DNA of 60,136 bases, taken from the sequence record SRR20825006_617. One strand, 5' to 3'. Position numbers and translations under genes: made by a program. Shown one piece after another: positions 48,789 through 57,248 of this stretch. Positions within the stretch are counted from its first letter, which is position 1, and each line of letters starts with the position of its first letter. The notes beneath the pieces are model-generated. The model did not search any database. It worked only from the letters and a program-made list of their open reading frames with translations, and was not told the DNA's origin.

Positions 48789-50150
48789 TTAAAACTTTAG
48801 CGACAGGGAGGAAGAAAATACGTTTATTTCACCATCAGCCCTTACCGTTTCATAAGGGGCTGGATCGGTGGAAGAGTTGATGGAGGTCAATTCGAAATCA
48901 GCTTCATCCAGCATTTGATACTGGTAAGCGAAGGAGAGTTCTAATGGCATATCTATTATTGGCGCGCTGGACAGACGGTAGCTGGCACCCAGACCGAAAA
49001 CCTTTTTATCGGTGTCAAGATAGTTAACGTCCTGGGATCGGCTGGATTTTAAAGGTGAGTCCTCCAGGGCTGCGCCGGCAAAGAGTTTCATGGACTCCGA
49101 CCACTGATAGCTAACGCCAATTCGGGGAATGGTGATGTCGTCAAACGCTAGATTAGCCTGATCGCGAATAGTATCGTCGGCAAACTCGCTTTCAAGCGCA
49201 GACCAATTGTGCTGCTCAATGCCTGCCGTCAATTCGAATTTGCCAACGGGAAGCAAAATGGCTGCGCCGAGAACTTCAGGTTGATAGGTATCAATTGTAC
49301 TAAGCGCTAGGCTCAGGCCTGGTTCAGGGATAACTCCCGGCACAACCACATTGGCATCCACGGATACCTCATAGCTACTTTCCCCCCGCCAGAAAAGAGC
49401 CAGCTCCATCTTATCCATTCCAAAAGGCATGCACTCGCTTGTACCGCAAAACATTTCTCCAGAGCGGATATTGATACCTAGTGCCGGTGATAGGGATGGA
49501 GAGGCTTCCAGGGAAAGTTTTTCAGAGTCTGTGTTGCCGCCAAGGTCTGAAACTGCTTCCAGGTTGGCTTTGGCCTGGAGGGTAAGACGTGCTGATGCGC
49601 CGACGTCAACGCCCCTCAGGACGTTGCTGATAGCGCCACCAAAGGCGAGATAAAGTGGCTGAGATTCATAGCGTAGAAACTGCCCTTTCTGGCTGGTATT
49701 GGCCTGATAGGGCAATAGGTTGGATGTGTATTGGTCTACACCCACGTTCAGGCCAAAGTAAATGGGCTTGTCGATGCTGGAAATGCCGGCGACGCGGCTT
49801 TTGAAGCCGATTAATAATAGTTCGGAACTGGTGTCAGAGAGGATATCATTCTCTCGCTCCAAAGGGTCTGTTCCTCCCAGTGATTTAGCACGTAATTCCT
49901 GGTCGCCATACTGCACAATGACTCCCAGTTCGCCCTCCGGGGAGCGGGCCATGGCGGCCGGGTTGTAGTACACCGACCAGCTGTTGGATGCAAAAGGACT
50001 GAATGCCAAGGCAGTGCCGGCATTCATCGGGCCTAGCCCATAAGTGCTCGCTCCGTCGCCAGCACCGCCAATGGCCAAGCCGGGTGAGAGCAATGCTGTA
50101 GTGCACGTGAAGAAAAGGAGAGGTAACCGTTTTGTTTTTTTTGCAGACAT
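48789..50150 (-). CDS. FadL/OmpP1-family outer-membrane hydrophobic-compound channel (AupA-like)
   Basis: Signal peptide, YYNPAAM hatch motif, amphipathic beta-strands, terminal Phe. Confidence 0.82.
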   Translation of the reverse strand: MSAKKTKRLPLLFFTCTTALLSPGLAIGGAGDGASTYGLGPMNAGTALAFSPFASNSWSVYYNPAAMARSPEGELGVIVQYGDQELRAKSLGGTDPLERENDILSDTSSELLLIGFKSRVAGISSIDKPIYFGLNVGVDQYTSNLLPYQANTSQKGQFLRYESQPLYLAFGGAISNVLRGVDVGASARLTLQAKANLEAVSDLGGNTDSEKLSLEASPSLSPALGINIRSGEMFCGTSECMPFGMDKMELALFWRGESSYEVSVDANVVVPGVIPEPGLSLALSTIDTYQPEVLGAAILLPVGKFELTAGIEQHNWSALESEFADDTIRDQANLAFDDITIPRIGVSYQWSESMKLFAGAALEDSPLKSSRSQDVNYLDTDKKVFGLGASYRLSSAPIIDMPLELSFAYQYQMLDEADFELTSINSSTDPAPYETVRADGEINVFSSSLSLKF

Positions 50151-50211
50151 TTCAGGCTCCTAAAGGGGGCTGTTCTGGTTATAGATGGTGAGTTGTTCTG
50201 ATTTTCTGTTT

Positions 50212-50231
50212 GTTTGGTTAAACAACCAATA
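50212..50231. promoter_or_regulatory. 20-bp palindromic operator, copy 3
   Basis: GTTTGGTTAAACAACCAATA about 60 bp upstream of the aupA-like start. Confidence 0.6.
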
Positions 50232-50484
50232 TTGGTCTCAGGCTTAGCTGTCTGTGTCCATGACTGTAATGACGTTGTGCTCTGGCGCTCCGGTAATGTC
50301 ACACATTAATGCGTGACGCCCAGCCGTCGTCTATGACGAGATGCCGTGTTCTGTTGCTGACCAGGCATGGGTTATCGAGTGGTATAACGCCTCCTGGGCA
50401 GCGCTAAAGCGCACGGTCAACTGGATCTGGAGAGCTCTGCTGGCGTGACATGTACAAGCAGGCTCCACACTTTCTCTGGCACAG

Positions 50485-52128
50485 TCACTGAGAATTGTTA
50501 TCTGTTTGTTTTGCCGGAATGCCCTTCTCTGGCAGCTGGGGATGTGGCTCACAGGCTTGTCTCCCGCCGTCGTGTCTGCTGGGAGTGTGCCCGGCCAGTA
50601 CACTGAATCGGTAGTGATCCATCGGTAAATGCTTGGCTCGCCACAGCATTTCCAGAGAGGTAGAGGGCCGCAGCATTGGCGCGTCACCATGATGGTCGAA
50701 GTAATAACTGTTCGACAGCGCGCAGTTGTGGTTAAGGAACACGGTGTTTTGCTGGCGTTTCTGGATATTGCGGAAATACGCGTCATGGACGGACTGACGT
50801 ATTTCCACTTGGCTGGCTCCACGTCGGTTGGCTTCGCGAATACAGCGAGAGAGGTGGATGGCATTCCCTTCGACCATCTTGAAGTAAGAGGTGCCGATAA
50901 GGGCATAGGGACCGAGCATGATGTAAAAGTTCGGGTAGCCCGGAATGGTCAACCCTTCATAGGCCTGGTAACGGTAGTCATGCCAGAAATCGCCCAAATT
51001 GATGTTGTTGCTGCCGATGACGTCGAACGAGGGAATATTTCCTTTCTCGAAGGTTTTGTAACCGGTGGCGAGGATCAAGGTATCGATACGCCGTGAGCGG
51101 CCGTCCTGGGTGGTGATGCCGCGGGACGTAATACGCTTGATCGGGGTCGTGACAAGCTCAACGTTGTTTCGGGCAAAGGTTCGGAAATAGTCGTTGGAAA
51201 ACGTTGGCCTTTTGCACCCGAAGCCGTATTTCGGTGTCAGTGCTTGCCACAGGTCCTGGCGGTTGGGCAGCTGTTCGCGCAGGTTGTTTATGCCCGCCTT
51301 TTCACACATGCGAACCAGCCAAGGGGCCTGCCGGTAATATATTGCGGAAAGCACCATCAGGGTTTCGCTGACGGTGTCGGTAGCGCCGCGAAGGCTGCGT
51401 TGCAAGCCCGGTACGGTTCGGAACAATACCTTGAGCCAGCCAGGCAGAGTCTGATCCGGCTTCTTCAGCACCCAGATGGGGGTGCGCTGGTAGACGTCAA
51501 GTTGACGAGCCTGGCGGGCAATTTTCGGAATCAGTTGCACTGCAGTGGCGCCAGTGCCTATTACCGCTACTCGCTTGTCACTAAGATCAAGGTCATCTGG
51601 CCAGCGTGCAGTGTGAATGACATTGCCCTGGAACGTATCAAGCCCTTCAATATCTGGCATCTTGGGTGATATCAAACCGCCACAGGCCGAGACAATATGG
51701 CGTGCACTAAGTCGCCTGCCATCCGTAAGATCGATCAACCAGACATGGCTGTCGAGATCAAAACGGGCGCTAGCGACTTCGACACCAAAGCGAATCAGTG
51801 GGTAGATGCCATACTTGCTTGTTACCTGTCTTGTATACTGGTAAAGCTCGTTTCCCGGCGCAAAAACGCGAGACCAATTTGCGTTTTGTTCGAAGGAAAA
51901 TGAATAGGTAAACGAGGTAATGTCGACAGCGATTCCCGGATAACGGTTGTCGCGCCAGGTTCCTCCCACATCCTTGCTTCGCTCAAGGATCAAGATATCT
52001 TTGATGCCATCGGCACGCAGCTGGATTGCCGCACCAATTCCAGAAATTCCCGCGCCGATGATAATGACTTCATGATCAGGAGTAACGCTGGGACGAGGGT
52101 TATGGATTGCAACAGCAGCCATATTCAT
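50485..52128 (-). CDS. Baeyer-Villiger monooxygenase
   Basis: GAGISG, GGTWRDNRYPG, BVMO fingerprint FQGNVIHTARWP, GTGATA, ATGY. Confidence 0.9.
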   Translation of the reverse strand: MNMAAVAIHNPRPSVTPDHEVIIIGAGISGIGAAIQLRADGIKDILILERSKDVGGTWRDNRYPGIAVDITSFTYSFSFEQNANWSRVFAPGNELYQYTRQVTSKYGIYPLIRFGVEVASARFDLDSHVWLIDLTDGRRLSARHIVSACGGLISPKMPDIEGLDTFQGNVIHTARWPDDLDLSDKRVAVIGTGATAVQLIPKIARQARQLDVYQRTPIWVLKKPDQTLPGWLKVLFRTVPGLQRSLRGATDTVSETLMVLSAIYYRQAPWLVRMCEKAGINNLREQLPNRQDLWQALTPKYGFGCKRPTFSNDYFRTFARNNVELVTTPIKRITSRGITTQDGRSRRIDTLILATGYKTFEKGNIPSFDVIGSNNINLGDFWHDYRYQAYEGLTIPGYPNFYIMLGPYALIGTSYFKMVEGNAIHLSRCIREANRRGASQVEIRQSVHDAYFRNIQKRQQNTVFLNHNCALSNSYYFDHHGDAPMLRPSTSLEMLWRAKHLPMDHYRFSVLAGHTPSRHDGGRQACEPHPQLPEKGIPAKQTDNNSQ

Positions 52129-53084
52129 GATGCAACCTCAACTATGGCGCTATCGCTAGCATTGACCGTTTGGGATGGGGCTTTGCCGACGTTATTGCTG
52201 GTCAGATACTTTCCCAGAATTCGGACGATGGTAGGGAAGTCCTGCTTTGCCTCTGGTAGCAAAAAGGTGAATACGGGCCACACGTGCGGCATATCATCGC
52301 GCTCCAGAACCTGCACGGGCACCCCCGCATCTCGCGCGCATTGTGCTGCTGCATGGGTATCGTCGCGCAGACACTCTTCGCTACTGACAGTGAAAAGTAG
52401 AGGGGGCAAGCCGGTGAAATCCGCGGTGATTGGTGAGGCATACGGGTGAGCGGGGTCCGCGCCGGCCAGATAGATATCCGTTGCCACCTCAATCATGCCA
52501 TGGGAAAGCATGGTATCGCTGTCGCTATTCGCCTGTCTGGACATCAGGGTGCCTCGCGCATCCGATGCCGGCGAAATGGCGAGGGCGCAAGCCGGCATTT
52601 TCAGCAGCTGATCACGGGCACGCAGCAATGTGACTAACGTCAGGTTGCCTCCCGCAGAGTCTCCCGCAATGACCACAGGGCGAGGGTCTGCGATCAGTTC
52701 ACGATACACATTAAAGGCGTCATCCGTTGCTGCCGGGAAGGGGTGCTCAGGGGCTAGTCGGTAATCCGGAAGAAAGACCCGCGCATTCAGGGCGTGAGCC
52801 AAACGGCCACAAAAGTGGTGATAGGTATCAAGCCGCCCGCCGATGAAGGCGCCACCATGCAGGTAGAGTATGGTGATTTGTGGGTCTGCGGTGCCTAGCC
52901 AGTGGCCAGCTATTCCTGCAACCTTGCCTCGCTTGAGTCGCACTCCGCGTGGCAGCAGAGAGGGGGCCAAAGGCGCGTTCATCACCCTGCGAAGATGTCT
53001 TACCAGTTTGTCCGGGTCGCGTATATCACGCTTCATGCCGGCGCGAAAAAGTAGCTTCAAAATTGTTGTAGGAATGGAGGCCAT
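52125..53084 (-). CDS. HSL-family esterase/lipase
   Basis: HGGAF, YRLAPEHPFPA, GDSAGG, MPHVW. Confidence 0.92.
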   Translation of the reverse strand: MASIPTTILKLLFRAGMKRDIRDPDKLVRHLRRVMNAPLAPSLLPRGVRLKRGKVAGIAGHWLGTADPQITILYLHGGAFIGGRLDTYHHFCGRLAHALNARVFLPDYRLAPEHPFPAATDDAFNVYRELIADPRPVVIAGDSAGGNLTLVTLLRARDQLLKMPACALAISPASDARGTLMSRQANSDSDTMLSHGMIEVATDIYLAGADPAHPYASPITADFTGLPPLLFTVSSEECLRDDTHAAAQCARDAGVPVQVLERDDMPHVWPVFTFLLPEAKQDFPTIVRILGKYLTSNNVGKAPSQTVNASDSAIVEVAS

Positions 53085-53122
53085 ATTGAATTCCTTGCGT
53101 GTTTCGTTTCCACTAATGCGGT

Positions 53123-53950
53123 TTAATCAGCCAGCATTCTGTAAGCTTCGCCAATCGCGCGGGCGTATAGTCGTGGCGTCAGGCGTTTCAACCGCCAGGC
53201 AAGCCGGCCGTCAATTTGTGGCAGCATGTAAAGCTCACCTCGATCAAGGGCACTGAGGGTCTGTCGGGCCACCTGGTCGGCGTTGGTGAGGGCATAGCGG
53301 GTCATCGCTGAACGGGCAAAGTCACGGCGACGTTCAGGCAGGCGCCCATTCTCGACGATATTGGTCGGGACCACGGTTGGGCACAGGGCCGTGATTTTTA
53401 CGCCGGTACCGGTCAGTTCAGAAGACAGCGTTTCGGACAGGGCCAGCACCCCCGCCTTGGTGACGTTGTAGGCGGCCATTTCCGGGGCGGACCCGAATGC
53501 GGCAGCAGAGGCCACATTGATGATGCCTCCATAGCCCAGATCGCGAAGCTGAGGGGCAAAATAATGGCAGCCGTGAATAACCCCCCATAGATTGACGTTC
53601 ATGCACCAGTGCCAATCTTCAAGTGACACCTCGCCGATTGGGCCACCGAGGCCGACGCCGGCGTTGTTGATTACCAGGGTTACCGGCCTGCCGAGCAAAG
53701 GCTCGGCATTTTCCGCCAGGTATGCCATCTGTTTTTCATCGCCGACATCACACCCCAGGGCTACCGCGTGAGTACCGAGTGCTCGCAGGCTGATCGCCAC
53801 CTGTTCGGCGCGCTCTTCATTGATATCGACACACAGTACCGAACCGCCTCGACGGGCAACTTCGTAAGCAAAGCTACGACCGATGCCGCTACCCGCCCCG
53901 GTGATGACAGCTGCCGCCTGAGTTGACGGGTGCAAGGGTTTCTTTTTCAT
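53123..53950 (-). CDS. Short-chain dehydrogenase/reductase
   Basis: TGAGSGIG, NNAG, YNVTK; ATGA overlap with the upstream gene. Confidence 0.9.
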   Translation of the reverse strand: MKKKPLHPSTQAAAVITGAGSGIGRSFAYEVARRGGSVLCVDINEERAEQVAISLRALGTHAVALGCDVGDEKQMAYLAENAEPLLGRPVTLVINNAGVGLGGPIGEVSLEDWHWCMNVNLWGVIHGCHYFAPQLRDLGYGGIINVASAAAFGSAPEMAAYNVTKAGVLALSETLSSELTGTGVKITALCPTVVPTNIVENGRLPERRRDFARSAMTRYALTNADQVARQTLSALDRGELYMLPQIDGRLAWRLKRLTPRLYARAIGEAYRMLAD

Positions 53951-54891
53951 GCCTGCCCCCATGCGGGTTCAGGTTGTGGCGTTTCGAATGTACCGTGTAC
54001 ATTGTTGGCTCGGTGGTCTCTGAGCGCTTGATAGGCCTTATGAGGGTCGCCAGTTCTTTCGTAGGCGCGTTTCCAGATCCGGATTACATCACGGTTATCG
54101 TCATCCCACGGGTGGAAAGTGGGGGAGAAATAGGGGGGCACGCCAGCGAGTACCTTGGAAAGAATGCCGGGACGCCAGAACAGGACTTTGGTCATTTTGG
54201 CGGCGGACCACAAATTCAGAATTTGACGATCCTTGTAGAGCAGATAGGTCTGGTTGCCGATCATAATGGGGAAGCCCAGGGCAATGGCCAGTAGCATGCC
54301 ACTGATACGCAGTCGGTAACTGCGGTAGCCACCACCACTGGCATCGACGAAGACGTCATAACTGACGCTCTTGTGCTCGGTTTCTTCGACAAAGTGCCAG
54401 TAGAGCATGGCACGCAAATCCGGGTGGGTTTCGTCAAACAGCTCCGGGTGCTCAAGCAGTACCGAGGAAATAATGGCCGTGAAATGTTCAAACGCCGCTG
54501 CGATGGAGCTCTGCATATCGTCACTGAGGCGGTGTTGGAGTTGCTTACGGATCAGCTTGAACACGCCTTCAACCTTGTCGATGGGAACCCCGTGTTGCAC
54601 GCCGATGGCGTTCATTTCATCGTGCTCACGAGCATGAATGCGCTCCTGGCGAATGAATTCTTTAGCTGCGTTCAGCACTTCTGGATCGTCAAGCTTGCCA
54701 AGCTGCCGTCTTGCAGAATTCATCACCCAGCGTTCACCGTCGGGGACGGCGGCGAGAATGGCATTCATCCAGTGAGTGGACCACGGGTCGTTGCGAAACC
54801 AGTGGCGAGCCACGTTTTCGATGTTCATGGGAAAGTGAATGTCACGGGTTACAACCTCGTCGTAACCAATCTTGCGGTTTGCCAGAGCCAT
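53947..54891 (-). CDS. 'Metal-dependent hydrolase' family protein (PF10118-like), paralogue 3
   Basis: VPDGERWV, QERIHAREH, FEHFTA, WHFVEETEHKSVSYD, FHPWD. Confidence 0.85.
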   Translation of the reverse strand: MALANRKIGYDEVVTRDIHFPMNIENVARHWFRNDPWSTHWMNAILAAVPDGERWVMNSARRQLGKLDDPEVLNAAKEFIRQERIHAREHDEMNAIGVQHGVPIDKVEGVFKLIRKQLQHRLSDDMQSSIAAAFEHFTAIISSVLLEHPELFDETHPDLRAMLYWHFVEETEHKSVSYDVFVDASGGGYRSYRLRISGMLLAIALGFPIMIGNQTYLLYKDRQILNLWSAAKMTKVLFWRPGILSKVLAGVPPYFSPTFHPWDDDNRDVIRIWKRAYERTGDPHKAYQALRDHRANNVHGTFETPQPEPAWGQA

Positions 54892-54928
54892 TGGATCGCT
54901 CCCAAGTAAAGTGCATTCATTGGACTTT

Positions 54929-54948
54929 ATTTGTATGACCAACCAAAT
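54929..54948. promoter_or_regulatory. 20-bp palindromic operator, copy 4
   Basis: ATTTGTATGACCAACCAAAT in the divergent region between the 54891 operon and tetR. Confidence 0.6.
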
Positions 54949-55072
54949 TCAAGATTATAAGGTAGACAGCGTGTTTTTATCTGTATAGATCGAATAGTGC
55001 CATCGGCCAGGAAGGCTGGGCCGACTTTAAAAGGAATGCTAGAATCAAAGGCTTACAGCATGGGAGTGCCTT

Positions 55073-55678
55073 GTGGGAAGAAAGAAAAATCAGGTAACGC
55101 CGGTGGCGGAGGCGGATCGAGTGTTTGTGCTCGGTGCTGCAGCTCGTCTATTTCGTCAAAAGGGGTTCGATAAAACCACCGTTAAAGAAATCGCCGAGGC
55201 TTGTGGCATGCTGCCTGGCAGCTTGCATTACCGTTACCCCTCCAAGGAAAGCATTCTGGTCGACTTGATGCGCCTTGCGCTTGAGCAAGCGTCTACGGCC
55301 TTGTCTGAGGCCATTCGGGGGGAAAGTGAGCCGCTTGAGCAGTTGCGTCAGGGGATCAATGCTCACCTTGAGTTGCTGGTTGGTGGGTCGGATATGGTCT
55401 ATGTCCTCCTTTTTGAATGGCGCTCCTTGCATGGTGAGTCCCGCCAGGAAATGATTGATCTACGAGACAAATACGAGCTTCTTTGGTCTGCCATGTTGCA
55501 ATCTTTGTCCTCTCAGGGCCTGATTCGTGCTGATGTGGATCGTGATCTTTTGCGTCTTATCGGGCTGGGCGCGTTGAACTGGGTAGCAACGTGGTTCAAT
55601 GAGGGGGGGCGATATACGGTGAAGGATGTCGGAGATTTTGTGTGGACGGTAATTAAGGATGGTGTGCTCAAGCGGTAG
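55073..55678 (+). CDS. TetR-family transcriptional regulator (KstR2-like C-terminus)
   Basis: AAARLFRQKGFDKTTVKEIAEACGMLPGSLHYRYPSKE; GALNWVATWF. Confidence 0.92.
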   Translation: MGRKKNQVTPVAEADRVFVLGAAARLFRQKGFDKTTVKEIAEACGMLPGSLHYRYPSKESILVDLMRLALEQASTALSEAIRGESEPLEQLRQGINAHLELLVGGSDMVYVLLFEWRSLHGESRQEMIDLRDKYELLWSAMLQSLSSQGLIRADVDRDLLRLIGLGALNWVATWFNEGGRYTVKDVGDFVWTVIKDGVLKR

Positions 55679-55747
55679 ACGTTGCTATTCAGTGAGAACT
55701 GATGGCCGTACTCGCTGCTGATTGTGAGTGCAGTCTGTTTATAAACA

Positions 55748-56791
55748 CTAACCTGCATGCTGCCTGTATTGATCGGGTGTCTGACCAAACCAGCGTTTAA
55801 ATGCCCGTCTGAAGCTCGCCGTGTCGTGATAATTCAACAGTGTGGCGGTGGCTTCGACGGACAGCTGGCTATTGCACAAATAGCTTACTGCTTGCTTCGA
55901 TAGTACCTCCTCGCGAATCTTCCTGAAACTGCTGTTCTCATTTTTGAGTTTCCGTGCCAGGGTGCGCTTGCTTATAAAGAGAGAGGCAGCCGCCTCTTCT
56001 TCACTAAGTGTTCCGGGTGGCCGGGACAGCATCATTTTCTGTAACCGAGTCCGATAGTCCGGTTCAGGACTCTGAAGACGCGCAAGCATGGATTCGCACT
56101 GCTGAAAGGCTAGATGATAGCTTTCATGATTGGCCGATGCGTTCGGTTTTCGACACAACCCCATTGCCAATTTTAGCTTGAAGTGATCGGAGTTAAAGTA
56201 AACCTTGCCTGGTAAATACTCACGGTACATGCCCTGGTAGACGGGAGCTGGATGAGGGAAGTGGACTTCAGATTCATATAGAGGGCGGCCTACGATGAAC
56301 TCGCCGATTTCGAAAAAAGCCTTGATCACAGTATCTTCCAGGCAGCGCTCCACATCATTTTCCATCGGTACTTGGAAGTTTACAACGCATTCCAGGTAGT
56401 CCTCAGCCCGCTGCAAGTCCACTTGAATAAAGCTCGCCCGGGTAGGCAGGAAAGTGTGAACGGCTTGCAGCGCGGTATAAAGGTCGGGGCTGCTGTTAGC
56501 AACAAATCCCATCACCCCATGGGTTGCGGGGGTGAGACGCCTGCCCAGCCGTAACCCGAACTCTGGTTTGCCGGATAAATCTAAAGCATTACGCAAGATC
56601 TGAATCTGCTGGGTTGCAGTGAGCAAGCTTTCATCTTTGAGTAATTGTTCGACATCTACACCCGTGTTGCGCAAGAGGCTAGGGAGTTCTCGTACACTCA
56701 AGCCAAGTTCTCGGGCGATAAGGCGTGAGTAGTTCGACGGGATATCCGCATCCACGTTTTTCAAACCCTGTTTGAGCGTCGTTATTGCCAT
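55748..56791 (-). CDS. AraC-family regulator (VirS/OruR type), probable activator of the CYP153 operon
   Basis: ATHGVMGF N-terminal domain; AASLFISKRTLARKL...LNYHDTASFRRAFKRWFGQTP. Confidence 0.92.
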   Translation of the reverse strand: MAITTLKQGLKNVDADIPSNYSRLIARELGLSVRELPSLLRNTGVDVEQLLKDESLLTATQQIQILRNALDLSGKPEFGLRLGRRLTPATHGVMGFVANSSPDLYTALQAVHTFLPTRASFIQVDLQRAEDYLECVVNFQVPMENDVERCLEDTVIKAFFEIGEFIVGRPLYESEVHFPHPAPVYQGMYREYLPGKVYFNSDHFKLKLAMGLCRKPNASANHESYHLAFQQCESMLARLQSPEPDYRTRLQKMMLSRPPGTLSEEEAAASLFISKRTLARKLKNENSSFRKIREEVLSKQAVSYLCNSQLSVEATATLLNYHDTASFRRAFKRWFGQTPDQYRQHAG

Positions 56792-56815
56792 CAGCGATTC
56801 CTCGGAATGCGGTAA

Positions 56816-56852
56816 CTGTCTTTAAATGTCCCCGGTCTGTCAAGAAATGTCC
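56816..56852 (+). promoter_or_regulatory. Tandem direct repeat with 21-bp period; candidate AraC binding site
   Basis: CTGTC-ttt-AAATGTCC (56816) and CTGTC-aag-AAATGTCC (56837) between araC and the ferredoxin gene. Confidence 0.6.
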
Positions 56853-56913
56853 TCGTCGGTGTTCCGACACATAGCCAATCTTCAAGGTAGATATAAATGC
56901 TAGGAGACACGCT

Positions 56914-57234
56914 GTGGGAAAAATTATCTTTATTGAACATGACGACACCGAGCATGTTACGGAGTTCGGGGTGGGTTCTACGCTAATGCAAATCGCCGTT
57001 GATAACGCCGTTCCAGGTATTGACGGTGACTGCGGCGGCGAATGCGCCTGTGGTACCTGTCACATGATTGTTCCCGATGAGTGGTTCGGCAAGACCGGAA
57101 GGGTTGGTGACGCAGAAGAACAGATGTTGTCCATGACCCCGGAGCGGGCGAGAACCTCGCGCCTGGGGTGTCAGGTAGAAATTACTGAGGCGATGGACGG
57201 TATGACCGTGCATTTGCCTGAATTCCAGATGTAA
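56914..57234 (+). CDS. 2Fe-2S ferredoxin (putidaredoxin type)
   Basis: DCGGECACGTCH...SRLGCQ. Confidence 0.95.
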   Translation: MGKIIFIEHDDTEHVTEFGVGSTLMQIAVDNAVPGIDGDCGGECACGTCHMIVPDEWFGKTGRVGDAEEQMLSMTPERARTSRLGCQVEITEAMDGMTVHLPEFQM

Positions 57235-57248
57235 ACAGGGAGAATGCT

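Noticed and set aside
50240-50906. 191-aa ORF 50331..50906 and a possible gene relic between the BVMO and aupA-like genes
   Set aside because: Out-of-frame overlap with the BVMO gene and no recognisable motifs
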